Source: an uncultured Pseudomonadota bacterium (GTDB lineage Bacteria > Pseudomonadota > Gammaproteobacteria > Steroidobacterales > Steroidobacteraceae). Taken from it: a stretch of 64,000 nt of DNA. Each line of letters opens with the position of its first letter. Position 1 is the stretch's first letter. Shown in pieces: positions 25,208 to 37,040 of the stretch. The notes under the pieces were generated by a model. The model ran no database searches. It saw nothing but the letters and a program-made list of their open reading frames with translations, and was not told where the DNA came from. Made by a program: the position numbers and the translations under genes. The stretch is from assembly GCA_903927005.1 (NCBI GenBank), contig CAIYLH010000004.1, positions 19,177-83,176 on the forward strand. Direction: 5' to 3'.

Positions 25208-25942
25208 ATGGATCTTTCACTGGGTAACCGCCGTGCATTGGTGATGGGCGGATCGCGCGGCCTCGGCAAGGCGATAGCAAAGGCGTTGCGTGCCGAGGGT
25301 GCGCAGGTTGCGATCTGCGCGCGCGGCGCTGAGCGCGTCGCCGCGGCCGCAGCCGAGCTCGGCGTCGAGGGGTTGGTCTGTGATTTGTCAGTCCCCGGTG
25401 CGGCGGCCGCCGTGGTGGAAGAGGCGACCCGTCGTCTCGGCGGTGTGGATATCCTGGTCGTAAACACCGGCGGCCCACCGCCGTCGCTGTTCATCGACCT
25501 CGATGACAGTGCCTGGAGGCGGGCATTTGAGGGATTGTGGATGAGCAGCGTCGGCGCGATTCGCGCCGCGTTGCCGGGAATGCGCGAGCGTCGCTGGGGC
25601 CGGATTCTAATGGTCACTTCGGTCGCGGCGAAGGAGCCGGTCCCCAACCTGATGCTGTCCAACTCTTTGCGTGCAGGCCTGCACGGCATGATCAATTCAC
25701 TTGCGCGAGAGGTTGCTGCCGACCAGGTTACGGTCAACGCACTGCTCCCCGGCTATACGCTCACCGAGCGTCTGCAGGAGCTGCGCCTGAACGAGGCTGT
25801 CCTTGCTGCGACGATTCCAGCCGGTCGCATCGGTAGCCCTGAGGAGTTTGCGGCGGTCGCCGCGTTTCTCGCCTCAGGTCCTGCCAGTTACGTTACCGGC
25901 CAGGCACTGGCTATTGATGGTGGGCTTTTGCAGTCAATTTGA
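25208..25942 (+). CDS. SDR-family oxidoreductase
   Basis: Start at MDLSLGNRRALVMGGSRGLGKAIA (Rossmann TGxxxGxG variant) inside the longer track ORF. Contains NTGGPP. Confidence 0.85.
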   Translation: MDLSLGNRRALVMGGSRGLGKAIAKALRAEGAQVAICARGAERVAAAAAELGVEGLVCDLSVPGAAAAVVEEATRRLGGVDILVVNTGGPPPSLFIDLDDSAWRRAFEGLWMSSVGAIRAALPGMRERRWGRILMVTSVAAKEPVPNLMLSNSLRAGLHGMINSLAREVAADQVTVNALLPGYTLTERLQELRLNEAVLAATIPAGRIGSPEEFAAVAAFLASGPASYVTGQALAIDGGLLQSI

Positions 25943-26047
25943 CCCACGCCATGATGACTACGAAGCGTCTCCCAACTGACCGTTGCAGGCCTATCTGAAG
26001 TCTTCCGGCTCATTTAATTTTCATTCCGTACTTTCTGCAGAGGCACC

Positions 26048-28561
26048 ATGAACAAACCTACATGTCCGGCATCAATTACCCGTAGCGGACGCATCGCCAG
26101 CGTTGCCCTTGCCGTCTGCGTCGCGCAGGCGCTCGCTTCGGCCGCGAACGCGCAGACCGCGCCGGCGCCGACCGTCAGCGGCGGTCTCGAGGAGATTGTG
26201 GTTACGGCGCAGAAGCGCGCCCAGAACTCGCAGGAAGTCGGCATCGCGATTTCTGCGGTCAGTGGCGATGAGCTCAATGCGCTTGGTGCCGGCAGCGCCA
26301 GCGACATCACCAAGATGATGCCCGCTGTAGTTCTGACCCAGCCGAACGGTCCGTCTTCGTTTAGTCTCTCGATTCGCGGCGTCACCCAAAACGACTTCGC
26401 TGACCATCAGGAAAGCCCAGCGGCGATCTACGTTGATGACGTTTACGTCAGTCAGATGGCGGGCCTTGCCTTCTCGATGTTCGACATGGAGCGCGTCGAG
26501 GTGCTGCGTGGTCCGCAGGGCACGCTGTTCGGTCGCAACGCAACCGGCGGCCTGGCCAATTTCGTGACTCGCCGTCCAACTGCCGAAATTAATGGATACA
26601 CCGATGTCACCTTCGGTCAGCGCAACCTGACTCGCATCGAGGGCGGCGTCGGTGGCGCTATCGCCGACGGCATCGATGGTCGGTTCTCCTATCTCAGCAA
26701 CCACTACGACCCGCTGTTCCACAACCTCTCCGGGGGCGCGCCGGATTCAGAGAACGGCAACGACTGGGGCCTCCGTGGCCAGTTGTTGTTCAAGGACGTC
26801 GCCGGCGGCGAACTGCTGCTCAACGCGCGCTTCTCGCACGAGGATGTCCACGCGGGCGCCTGGGAGCAGTACGCGATCCTGCCGGGTGCAAATGGCCTCA
26901 ACACGCTGGCCGGGCCGCAGGACAACGCGTGGGGCACCTGCGCCGGCTGCAACGCCAGCGGCCTGCCGAGCAGCGCGCCGTTTACGACCCGGGACAACCA
27001 GGCCGGCTACGCGCGCATCAAGACCAGCGGCGGTACGGTCAAGTACACGCATGACCTGAGTGGTGCGACGTTCACGGCGATCGCCGACTACTCGACCTTG
27101 AAGAAGGAATACCAGGAAGACTCGGATACCACTCCGTACACGATCTTCCAGTTCTTCAACGGCAGCGACGTCAAGCAGAAGTCGCTTGAGCTGCGCTTGA
27201 ACGGTGGCGATAAGACTCTGAACTGGACTGCAGGACTCTATGGCCTGAACATTGACGGCCAGTATTACGAAGGTTGGCAGGGTCCGGCTTTCTTCGGTGC
27301 CAATGAGTTCAACGTTGATGGCATCCCGGCGTACGGTATCGGCTCGAATCCGGACGCGATCATCAGCTCGAACCCGAACTCCGCCTACGGCATGTACTCG
27401 GTCGCCGCGGGCGCCTGGCCGTACAGCCCGACGCCGTACCCGTACGCCATGGACGGCAGTCAGGGTTTCGGCCCTGGCTTTGTTGTCGGTGGCGCCTCGG
27501 CGGCGCCGAATGGCGGCATGCCGGCGACGATCGCTCCTTATACGCTGGTGACAAAGTCGTACGCGGCGTTCGGCCAGCTTGAGTACCGGATGTCTGATCT
27601 CATCGGCCTGACGGTCGGCGCGCGGATCACGAAGGACCAGAAGGACTACAACTACAGCTGGCATCCGTACGAGTACTTCCCCCAGAGCACAACGGGCGAG
27701 ACGCTGACCCTGACCCGCCCGCCAAGTGCGCTTGGCGATTACACGTCCAGCCGCAGTGACACGCTGTGGGCCGGCAAGGCGCAGGTCGACTTCCACGTCT
27801 CACCGGATGCGTTGCTGTACCTGAGCTACAACCGTGGCGTTAAGGGCGGCGGCTTCACTGCGCCGCTATTCCCGGCGACGATCGCGGCCGTCAGCGCGCT
27901 GACGTTCAAGCCGGAAGTTCTGACCTCGTATGAGGCGGGCTTCAAGACGGAGTTCCTGCAGCGCACGGTCCGCCTCAACGGCGCGGTCTATTACTACGAT
28001 TACAAGGACTACCAGGCCCTCATCTACACGGTTAGCCTGAACCAGTTGATCGTCAATGCGGATGCCAAGCACAAGGGTGCCGAGCTCGATATGGAGTGGG
28101 CGCCTAACGAGTACTGGCGCGTCGGTGTTGGCGCATCGTATGTCGATGCGATCGTCAAGGACGTCGCGGCGCTGTGCTGCTCCTCCGAAGGCACGGCTAT
28201 TCGGCACGATTACATCCCGCCGAATGCGCCGAAGGTATCGGGCAATGCGATGGTTCGGTACACGCAGCCGATCGGCGCAGGCGCGCACCTGGCAATGCAG
28301 GTGGATGGCGTTTACCTGTCGCGCTTCTGGTTCAACCTTGGCGACGCGCCGTCGGTCGAGCAGCCTGCATATGGTGTTGCGAACGCTCGCGTCACCTACG
28401 TGCCGGCTGGCGGAAAGTTCGAGGTCGGTGTCGCCGTCGAGAACCTTGCGAACAAGCACTACGGCTCGATGGGCTTCGACAACACAGGTGTTAATGGACT
28501 GGCGCAGCGTTACCCGGGCATGCCGCGCTGGGTAAAGGCACACGTGAACTTTAAGTTCTGA
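26048..28561 (+). CDS. TonB-dependent outer-membrane receptor
   Basis: 837 aa. Signal peptide ending ASAANA. Plug region LEEIVVTAQKRAQNSQEVGIAIS...VEVLRGPQGTLFGRNATGG. C-terminal ...WVKAHVNFKF. Confidence 0.9.
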   Translation: MNKPTCPASITRSGRIASVALAVCVAQALASAANAQTAPAPTVSGGLEEIVVTAQKRAQNSQEVGIAISAVSGDELNALGAGSASDITKMMPAVVLTQPNGPSSFSLSIRGVTQNDFADHQESPAAIYVDDVYVSQMAGLAFSMFDMERVEVLRGPQGTLFGRNATGGLANFVTRRPTAEINGYTDVTFGQRNLTRIEGGVGGAIADGIDGRFSYLSNHYDPLFHNLSGGAPDSENGNDWGLRGQLLFKDVAGGELLLNARFSHEDVHAGAWEQYAILPGANGLNTLAGPQDNAWGTCAGCNASGLPSSAPFTTRDNQAGYARIKTSGGTVKYTHDLSGATFTAIADYSTLKKEYQEDSDTTPYTIFQFFNGSDVKQKSLELRLNGGDKTLNWTAGLYGLNIDGQYYEGWQGPAFFGANEFNVDGIPAYGIGSNPDAIISSNPNSAYGMYSVAAGAWPYSPTPYPYAMDGSQGFGPGFVVGGASAAPNGGMPATIAPYTLVTKSYAAFGQLEYRMSDLIGLTVGARITKDQKDYNYSWHPYEYFPQSTTGETLTLTRPPSALGDYTSSRSDTLWAGKAQVDFHVSPDALLYLSYNRGVKGGGFTAPLFPATIAAVSALTFKPEVLTSYEAGFKTEFLQRTVRLNGAVYYYDYKDYQALIYTVSLNQLIVNADAKHKGAELDMEWAPNEYWRVGVGASYVDAIVKDVAALCCSSEGTAIRHDYIPPNAPKVSGNAMVRYTQPIGAGAHLAMQVDGVYLSRFWFNLGDAPSVEQPAYGVANARVTYVPAGGKFEVGVAVENLANKHYGSMGFDNTGVNGLAQRYPGMPRWVKAHVNFKF

Positions 28562-28634
28562 TGTCCGAAACGACGGGCCGGACGCGGGAACAATCCCGCG
28601 CCCGGCGCTGTTAAAATCGACGACGGAGACGGAA

Positions 28635-29450
28635 GTGAACAAGATCTGCATCGCAGCAATCGGAGCGCTGGCGGCGCTCGTCGCCGGCCCAGTCACTGCG
28701 GCCGAATCGAGTAAGGCGACCAGCCTCAACGGCGTCTACGCGACCCTTGCCTCCAAGACATTTGTCGACCTCACGCATACCTTCGGTCCCTCGACGCCTC
28801 ATTGGAAAGGCTTTGGCGAGGAGACCGTGACGACCCTGTACTCGATCCCGAAGGACGGGTTCAAGGTGCAGCAGTTTACTCATGTCGGTCAGTGGGGCAC
28901 TCACATCGACCCGCCGGCCCACTTTCATGATGGTCTGCGCACGGTTGACCAGATTCCGCCGAGCCAGATGCTGATGCCGCTGGTCGTGCTCGACGTGCAC
29001 GAAAAAGTAGCCAAGAACCCTGACTACACAATTGCCCTCGATGACGTTCGTGCGTGGGAGAAGAAGCACGGCCGCATTCCCAAGAACGCCTTCGTCGCGA
29101 TGCGCACGGACTGGTCCAAGCGCTGGCCGAACGATGTGGCGATGCAGAATCGCGACGCCGCCGGTCACGCCCACTATCCGGGCTGGAGCAAGGACGTATT
29201 GAAGCTCCTTTACGAGGAGCGTCAGATTACCGCCTCGGGTCACGAGACCACGGATACCGACCCGGGCGCGGCGACGGACAAGGATGACTATTCGCTGGAG
29301 AGCTACATCCTCAGCCTGAATCACTATCAGATCGAGATGCTGGCAGATCTTGATCGGGTGCCGGAGGCGGGTGCGCTGGTGATGGTCACCTGGCCGAAGC
29401 CGGACGGCGGCACAGGCTTTCCCGCGCGCGTAATCGCGATCCTGCCCTGA
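28635..29450 (+). CDS. Putative cyclase / kynurenine formamidase-like hydrolase (PF04199-type), with signal peptide
   Basis: 271 aa with GTG start. Signal peptide NKICIAAIGALAALVAGPVTA. QWGTHIDPPAHF matches the HxGTHxDxPxH metal motif. Confidence 0.8.
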   Translation: MNKICIAAIGALAALVAGPVTAAESSKATSLNGVYATLASKTFVDLTHTFGPSTPHWKGFGEETVTTLYSIPKDGFKVQQFTHVGQWGTHIDPPAHFHDGLRTVDQIPPSQMLMPLVVLDVHEKVAKNPDYTIALDDVRAWEKKHGRIPKNAFVAMRTDWSKRWPNDVAMQNRDAAGHAHYPGWSKDVLKLLYEERQITASGHETTDTDPGAATDKDDYSLESYILSLNHYQIEMLADLDRVPEAGALVMVTWPKPDGGTGFPARVIAILP

Positions 29451-29462
29451 TCCTTGCCACTG

Positions 29463-29487
29463 CCGGCGGCGTTATCTACGCCGCCGG
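29463..29487 (+). terminator. GC-rich hairpin CCGGCGGCG-TTATCTA-CGCCGCCGG downstream of the cyclase gene (no U tract)
   Basis: 9-bp perfect stem read directly. Lacks a T run, so its function as a terminator or attenuator is uncertain. Confidence 0.3.
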
Positions 29488-29586
29488 ATCCCCAGGCCGA
29501 TCGCGGGCGTGCTGCCGCTCGCCCGGCCCAGCCTGCTTTTACCTTCGTCGACGGAAGCCGGACATGACGCATACCCTGGGATCCGC

Positions 29587-30948
29587 ATGAGTGGGCAGCG
29601 CTGGTCCACGGATCTGGGCTTCATGCTCGGCGCCGTTGGCGCTGCCGTGGGACTTGGCAGCATCTGGCGGTTTCCGTACCTGGCCGGTGCTGGTGGCGGG
29701 TTTGCGTTCATCGCTGTCTTCGTCGTGGCCTGTCTTGTGTTCGGCGCGCCGTTACTGATTGGCGAGGCGATTCTCGGACGCTGGTCGCGCACCAGCCCGC
29801 AGCGGGCCGCTGGCAGCATCGGCGCGCCGTTTGGTTATTCTCGTAGCTGGAACATCGTCGGCTGGACCGGGCCGATCGCCGGCTTCCTCGTCACCTCCTA
29901 CTACACCATGATCGCCGGCTGGGTACTGGCCTATGCCTGGTCGTTTCTGACCGGCCAGTACGCTCATGGCGGGGTCGCCGCGGCGGCCGAAAAATTCCAT
30001 TCGCTGACTACCAACACGACCGCAGCCTCTCTCTGGCAGTTGGCGTTCTTTGCGATGGTGACCTACATCTCAGCACGGGGCGTTAATCGCGGGGTTGAGT
30101 TTGCCAATCGGTGGCGGGCGCCTGCGTTACTCGCGGTGCTGCTGGTGCTGGTGATCTATTCGCTTGCGACCGGCGACGTACAGCGCGGCCTGAGCTTCGC
30201 GTTCGCACCTGACTTCACGCGCCTGACGCCAACGGTACTGCTCGATGCTGTTGGCCAGGCTTTCTATGCGCTGGGGATTTGTGTCGGCGTAATGATGGTC
30301 TATGGCGCCTACATGCCGGCAGGCGAACCCCTAGGGCGCAGCGTCGTCGCAGTGATTGGTTCTATCCTCGCCGTGTCGGCGCTCGCGACGATCGTGATTT
30401 TTCCACTTGTATTCCACTACGGCCTGAATCCTGCCAGCGGTCCTGAACTCGTCTTCCAGGTGTTGCCTGTGGCGTTTTCCGAGATGCCTGGCGGCCGCGC
30501 TATAGGCACGCTGTTCTTCGCATTGCTGGTGCTCGCGGCGTTCACGCCGACGATGGCGCTGATGGAGCCATGGGTATCCTGGCTGATGGAGCGCTTCGGC
30601 CTGCGCCGCGCTGTCGCGGCCTGCGTCGCCACCGGCTCATGCTGGCTGGTCGGGCAGGGATCGGTGGCATCTTTTGGCGCGGCCGCCGACTGGCGACCGC
30701 TGGCGGCGATACCGCGTTTCGCGACCATGAATCTGTTTGGGCTGGTCGATTTCGTCAGCTCCAACGTGTTGATGCCGGTGTCGGCGCTGTTGGTCAGTGT
30801 GTTTCTAGGCTGGCGGCTCGCCGGTCGTGTGCCCGACGAGGAGTACGTCGGCCTGTCGCCGGGCGCTCGCCGCCTGCTCCTTTTTTCTCTGCGTTACCTG
30901 TGCCCGGTCGGCATCACGATCGTGCTGGTCGTTGGACTGGTTGGCTAG
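29587..30948 (+). CDS. Sodium-dependent transporter, neurotransmitter:sodium symporter (NSS/SNF) family
   Basis: Start at MSGQRWSTDLGFMLGAVGAAVGLGSIWRFPY, the canonical NSS TM1 motif. About 11-12 TM segments. Confidence 0.9.
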   Translation: MSGQRWSTDLGFMLGAVGAAVGLGSIWRFPYLAGAGGGFAFIAVFVVACLVFGAPLLIGEAILGRWSRTSPQRAAGSIGAPFGYSRSWNIVGWTGPIAGFLVTSYYTMIAGWVLAYAWSFLTGQYAHGGVAAAAEKFHSLTTNTTAASLWQLAFFAMVTYISARGVNRGVEFANRWRAPALLAVLLVLVIYSLATGDVQRGLSFAFAPDFTRLTPTVLLDAVGQAFYALGICVGVMMVYGAYMPAGEPLGRSVVAVIGSILAVSALATIVIFPLVFHYGLNPASGPELVFQVLPVAFSEMPGGRAIGTLFFALLVLAAFTPTMALMEPWVSWLMERFGLRRAVAACVATGSCWLVGQGSVASFGAAADWRPLAAIPRFATMNLFGLVDFVSSNVLMPVSALLVSVFLGWRLAGRVPDEEYVGLSPGARRLLLFSLRYLCPVGITIVLVVGLVG

Positions 30949-31024
30949 CGTGACTGCGTTCGAATCCAATTCTGTCAATCGCTGTGCCGCCACCTTGTGG
31001 CTGGCGCTTACCTGAGGCGCTGCT

Positions 31025-32122
31025 ATGTCCAACTACACCATCGATCCCGCCGTCAACGCGGCACTTGCGGCTTTCAAGCTGCCTGAGAAGCTCGGCTTCG
31101 GAATCGTACTGGCCCCAGTCATGTACTCGGTCGAGTGGGCCGATGGTCACTGGGGCAAGGGCGCACTCGTGCCTTACGGACCTATTGAGATTGCGCCGGG
31201 TGCGCGCGCGCTGCATTACGGCGAACTCGTATTCGAGGGCATGAAGGCTTATCGCGCCGGTACGCCATGGCCGAACCTGTTTCGTCCGTTGGACAACTGT
31301 CACCGCCTCGCCCGTTCGGCAGAACGGATGGCCATGCCGGTCGTTCCCGACGAGCTGTTCATGGAGGCGATCGATGCGGTCGCAGGCGCCATGGCGCCGT
31401 TTGTGCCCACTGGTGGCGGCAAGTCGCTCTACCTGAGGCCGTTCCTGTTTGGCACCGAACCTGGTTACATGCTGCGCAACTCGCAGACCTTCCGTTTTAT
31501 CGTGATTGCGAATCCGGTCGAGTCTTACGCCAGCGGCCCGATGCGAGTGGCGATCGAGCGTCGTGACGTACGCGCCGCGGTTGGCGGCATCGGCGTTGCC
31601 AAGGCGGCAGCGAACTACGCGGCAAGCCTGCGTGCATCGAGTTCCGCAATTGCTCGCGGCTATGCCGTCGCGCTATGGCTGGATGCCACCGAGCACCGTT
31701 ACATTCAGGAGCTGTCCGGCATGAACGTGTTCGCCGTGATCGGCGGCGAACTACACACCCCGGAGCTCGACGGTGCGATCCTGCCTGGAATCACGCGTGA
31801 CTCGATCATCACGCTCGCCCGTCATCGCGGCTACAAGGTGGTCGAACGGCCGATAGTGCTCGATGAGCTGCTGGCCCAGATGGCCAGTGGTGAATGCACC
31901 GAGGTGTTTGCCTGCGGCACGGCCGCGATCGTGGCACCGATCGGGGCGCTCGGCGATGCCGATGGTCGCGATCACGTTCCGCGCCAGGTCGACGTTGTCG
32001 CCGCCGAGTTGCGTGAGGCGCTGCTTGCTATGCAGGAACGCCGCGCGCCGGATCCCTTCGGCTGGACCCGCGATGTCGCAGCGCCGCCTGTTGATGCGCC
32101 GTGGGCGCCGCGAGCCGGGTGA
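31025..32122 (+). CDS. ilvE: Branched-chain amino acid aminotransferase (class IV, long form)
   Basis: 365 aa. Contains LHYGELVFEGMKAY, YLRPFLFGTEP and ILPGITRDSII. Confidence 0.85.
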   Translation: MSNYTIDPAVNAALAAFKLPEKLGFGIVLAPVMYSVEWADGHWGKGALVPYGPIEIAPGARALHYGELVFEGMKAYRAGTPWPNLFRPLDNCHRLARSAERMAMPVVPDELFMEAIDAVAGAMAPFVPTGGGKSLYLRPFLFGTEPGYMLRNSQTFRFIVIANPVESYASGPMRVAIERRDVRAAVGGIGVAKAAANYAASLRASSSAIARGYAVALWLDATEHRYIQELSGMNVFAVIGGELHTPELDGAILPGITRDSIITLARHRGYKVVERPIVLDELLAQMASGECTEVFACGTAAIVAPIGALGDADGRDHVPRQVDVVAAELREALLAMQERRAPDPFGWTRDVAAPPVDAPWAPRAG

Positions 32123-32850
32123 CCCAGGCGTACGCCAAGCACGTCGGCGGCTTGCCGCCTACGGCGCGAGCCGCCTTTGCGCTCGGCATGCGCGAGATGC
32201 TGCCTGGCGTTCCGGCAATGGCCGCATGGTCGCTGGTGACGGGCGTCGCAATGGCGAAGTCGGCGCTGTCGCTGGGCGAGGCGATGGGGCTGTCGCTGAT
32301 CGCGTATGCCGGCGCTGCGCAGCTGGCCGCACTGCCATTGCTGGTTGTTGGCGCGCCTGTCGCAGTGACGATCATGAGCGCGCTGATGGTCAACTTGCGC
32401 TTCGTGATTTACAGCGCGGCCGTTGCGCCGTCGCTGCGTACACTGCCGATGCGCCAGCGGCTGCTGCTGGGCTATCTGATTTCGGATATGGGCTTCGTCT
32501 TCTACATGCGACGCGAGCCCCAACTGCGCGATTCGCCGATGCGCGCCTGGTACTTCGCCGGTCTAGGCGTGATTGTGTTCTTCGTCTGGCACGCGGCGTC
32601 GCTGGTAGGTCTGTTTGCTTCCGCCGTGATCCCAGAACGATGGGGTCTGGATTTCGTCGGCACGCTCGTGCTGCTGGCGCTGCTCGTGCCGATGCTGGCC
32701 ACGCGCCCGTCTCAGGTTGGAGCGGTCGTCGCTGCGTTACTCAGCCTGTCGCTCGCCGGCCTGCCGTTCAAGCTTGGTTTGGTGGTGTCGATCGTCGCAG
32801 GCATTAGTGCCGCGGTGCTCGTGGACCGGCGGGCGAGGCGCATAGCGTGA
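32101..32850 (+). CDS. azlC: AzlC-family branched-chain amino acid transport protein
   Basis: 249 aa, polytopic. Followed by an overlapping azlD-like gene. Start uncertain (several in-frame candidates). Confidence 0.75.
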   Translation: MGAASRVTQAYAKHVGGLPPTARAAFALGMREMLPGVPAMAAWSLVTGVAMAKSALSLGEAMGLSLIAYAGAAQLAALPLLVVGAPVAVTIMSALMVNLRFVIYSAAVAPSLRTLPMRQRLLLGYLISDMGFVFYMRREPQLRDSPMRAWYFAGLGVIVFFVWHAASLVGLFASAVIPERWGLDFVGTLVLLALLVPMLATRPSQVGAVVAALLSLSLAGLPFKLGLVVSIVAGISAAVLVDRRARRIA

Positions 32851-33179
32851 CGCCTACGATGAAGTTCTGGGTCGCGGTCGTCGGCATTGGCCTGACGGGC
32901 ATCGTCACCCGCTGCAGCTTTCTGCTGTTCGGTGAGCGGCTGGTGCTGCCCCGCGGGGTTGAGCGGGCGCTGCGTCATGCGCCGGCGGCCGCGCTTGCAG
33001 CGATCATTGCGCCGAGCGTGCTGCTCGCAGACGGCCACACGGACTTCTCGCCCGGTAACCCACGCCTCGGTGCGGTAATTGTTGCGGCGCTGGTGATGTG
33101 GCGGACGCGGGAAATGCTGTGGTCGATGGCGGCCGGAGTCGCCGTCTATACGGCGCTCCGGCTGCTGTGGCCGGCCTGA
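32847..33179 (+). CDS. azlD: AzlD-family branched-chain amino acid transport protein
   Basis: 110 aa with 4-nt overlap with azlC. Begins MKFWVAVVGIGLTGIVTRCSFLLFG. Confidence 0.75.
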   Translation: MTPTMKFWVAVVGIGLTGIVTRCSFLLFGERLVLPRGVERALRHAPAAALAAIIAPSVLLADGHTDFSPGNPRLGAVIVAALVMWRTREMLWSMAAGVAVYTALRLLWPA

Positions 33180-33198
33180 GGGGCCGGCCGGTGCGCTA

Positions 33199-35073
<1,875 letters not shown>

Positions 35074-35198
35074 GATAGGTACCCCTAATGCGGGCTTAAA
35101 AGAGCCGTGCATTGTACACGGACAGGCCCCGAGCCCCAAGGCGGAGCCCTAAATCAAGGGCATTGTCAAGAATCATGCCGACGGGCGCCGACCGGATT

Positions 35199-37016
35199 TC
35201 AGCCCGCGGGGTCGGGCAGGGGGCGCGTCCGCGCCTGCAATTCACGCAGTTCGCGCTTTTCGTCGTCGCCGAGGCCTTCACCGGCGGCCTTGTCGATCAG
35301 TTCGTCGATCCGTCGCTCCGGCCCCGCCTCGGCCACCAGCTTGGCCACGGCCGCAGCGAGCTCCCGGGCGACCGCCCCGTCCTCAAGCTCCGGCAGCGGA
35401 ACCGCGGCGAGTTCCGCCAAGCGCGCATGCTCCGGGCGGTCCCGCCAACGTTCGACCAGCTGGGCCGAGTTCAGGGTGGGCTCGGCGTGCATGGTTTCAA
35501 TCAGTTCAGCCAGTACCGCCAGCCCACGGTCGCCGGACAGGCGCAGCGCCTCCGGTTCGCCAACCGTGGCGGCAGCGGCCGGGTGTTGCAGCAGCCGGGC
35601 GATCGCCTGGCTGGCGAGTGAGCCGCGGCCGGTGGGTCGGCGCAGCGGCTGCGCCTGTCGCTGGCTGCCTGGCATGGCGCTCGCTGAGGAGCCTGGGCCC
35701 GGTGTGCCGAGGCCCAGCAGCGCCGATAGCCGCCCGGCGGGCATGCGCACCTCGCGCGCCAGCCGGTCGATCAGCAGCTCCCGGTAGATGCCCTCCGGTA
35801 CGCGGGAAATCAGTGGCCGAGCCAGTTCCGCCAAGCGCGCACGGCCGTCTACAGAGGTCAGGTCCGTTTCTGCGGCGAAGTGGCTGACGAGGTATTCCGA
35901 TAACGGCATCGCGCCTGCGACGCGCGCCTCAAACGCTTCCTTGCCCTCGGCGGCGACCAGAGTGTCTGGGTCGTGGCCTTCTGGCAGGAACAGGAACTTG
36001 ATCTGGCGTCCCTCCTTGGCGAACGGCAGGCAGGTTTCTAGGGCGCGCCAGGCGGCCTGCCGGCCGGCCTTGTCACCGTCAAACGAGAACACGACGTCGC
36101 CGGTGACGCGGAACAGCCGGTTCAGGTGCTCGGGGGTCGTCGCCGTGCCGAGGGTCGCCACCGCGTAGTGGATGCCGGCCTGCGCGAGGCGCACCACGTC
36201 CATGTAGCCCTCGACGACCAGTAGTCGCTCGATCTTGCGCATTTCCTGGCGCGTTTCGTACAGCCCGTACAGCTCGCGGCCCTTGTGGAACAGCGGCGTT
36301 TCGGGGGAGTTCAGGTACTTCGGTTCGCCCTGGTCGAGGATCCGGCCGCCGAAACCGACCACGCGCCCGCGGGAATCGCGGATCGGGAACATGATCCGGT
36401 CGCGGAAGCGGTCATAGAAGCCTGGGCCCGCGCCGCGCTGCTGCTCCGGCGCGCGCTCGATGATCAGCCCGGCGGCCAGCAGGGCCTGCTGGCCGGCCTC
36501 GGTTGCGCCGAATTTCTTCAGTACGGCATCCCAGCCGGCCGGTGCGTAGCCAAGGTGGTAGCGGGCCGCGGTCTCGCCGACCAGTCCGCGCCCTTTCAGA
36601 TAGTCCTTGCCGCGGTCTGAGTCCTTCAGCGCGTCGCGGAAGTGCTGGTCGGCTGCCGCCATGAGCGCGAACAGGTCGTCCAGCAGCCGGTCGCGTGGAT
36701 CGGGTCCGGCGCCGCCTTCGCGCGGTACCTCAAGGCCCGCCCGGCCGGCCAGGTCCTCGACCGCGTCCGGGAACGGCAGGCGGTCGTGCTCCATCAGGAA
36801 GGTCAGGGCCGTGCCGTGCACGCCGCAGCCGAAGCAGTGATAGAACTGCTTGGTTTGCGAGACCGTAAAAGAGGGGCTTTTCTCGTTGTGGAACGGGCAG
36901 TTAGCCTTCCACTCGCGACCCGCCTTCTTGAGCGGGACGCGGCTGCCGATCACCTCGATGATATCGGTGCGGGCGAGCAGGTCGTCAATGAAAGCGCGAG
37001 GGATCCGGCCGGCCAT
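35199..37016 (-). CDS. dnaG: DNA primase
   Basis: 605 aa. Zinc finger CPFHNEKSPSFTVSQTKQFYHCFGCGVHG. TOPRIM region LLVVEGYMDVV...FSFDGDKAGRQAAWRA. Confidence 0.95.
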   Translation of the reverse strand: MAGRIPRAFIDDLLARTDIIEVIGSRVPLKKAGREWKANCPFHNEKSPSFTVSQTKQFYHCFGCGVHGTALTFLMEHDRLPFPDAVEDLAGRAGLEVPREGGAGPDPRDRLLDDLFALMAAADQHFRDALKDSDRGKDYLKGRGLVGETAARYHLGYAPAGWDAVLKKFGATEAGQQALLAAGLIIERAPEQQRGAGPGFYDRFRDRIMFPIRDSRGRVVGFGGRILDQGEPKYLNSPETPLFHKGRELYGLYETRQEMRKIERLLVVEGYMDVVRLAQAGIHYAVATLGTATTPEHLNRLFRVTGDVVFSFDGDKAGRQAAWRALETCLPFAKEGRQIKFLFLPEGHDPDTLVAAEGKEAFEARVAGAMPLSEYLVSHFAAETDLTSVDGRARLAELARPLISRVPEGIYRELLIDRLAREVRMPAGRLSALLGLGTPGPGSSASAMPGSQRQAQPLRRPTGRGSLASQAIARLLQHPAAAATVGEPEALRLSGDRGLAVLAELIETMHAEPTLNSAQLVERWRDRPEHARLAELAAVPLPELEDGAVARELAAAVAKLVAEAGPERRIDELIDKAAGEGLGDDEKRELRELQARTRPLPDPAG

Positions 37017-37040
37017 GGCGGCCTCGCTAGAGTTCTACGG

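Noticed and set aside
24751-25737. 328-aa minus-strand ORF
   Set aside because: It is antisense to the cupin and SDR genes. Its Ser/Ala/Arg/Pro-rich composition marks it as spurious.
31863-32807. 314-aa plus-strand ORF spanning the ilvE end and azlC
   Set aside because: It is an alternative frame of two recognisable genes, and its Arg/Ala-rich composition marks it as spurious.
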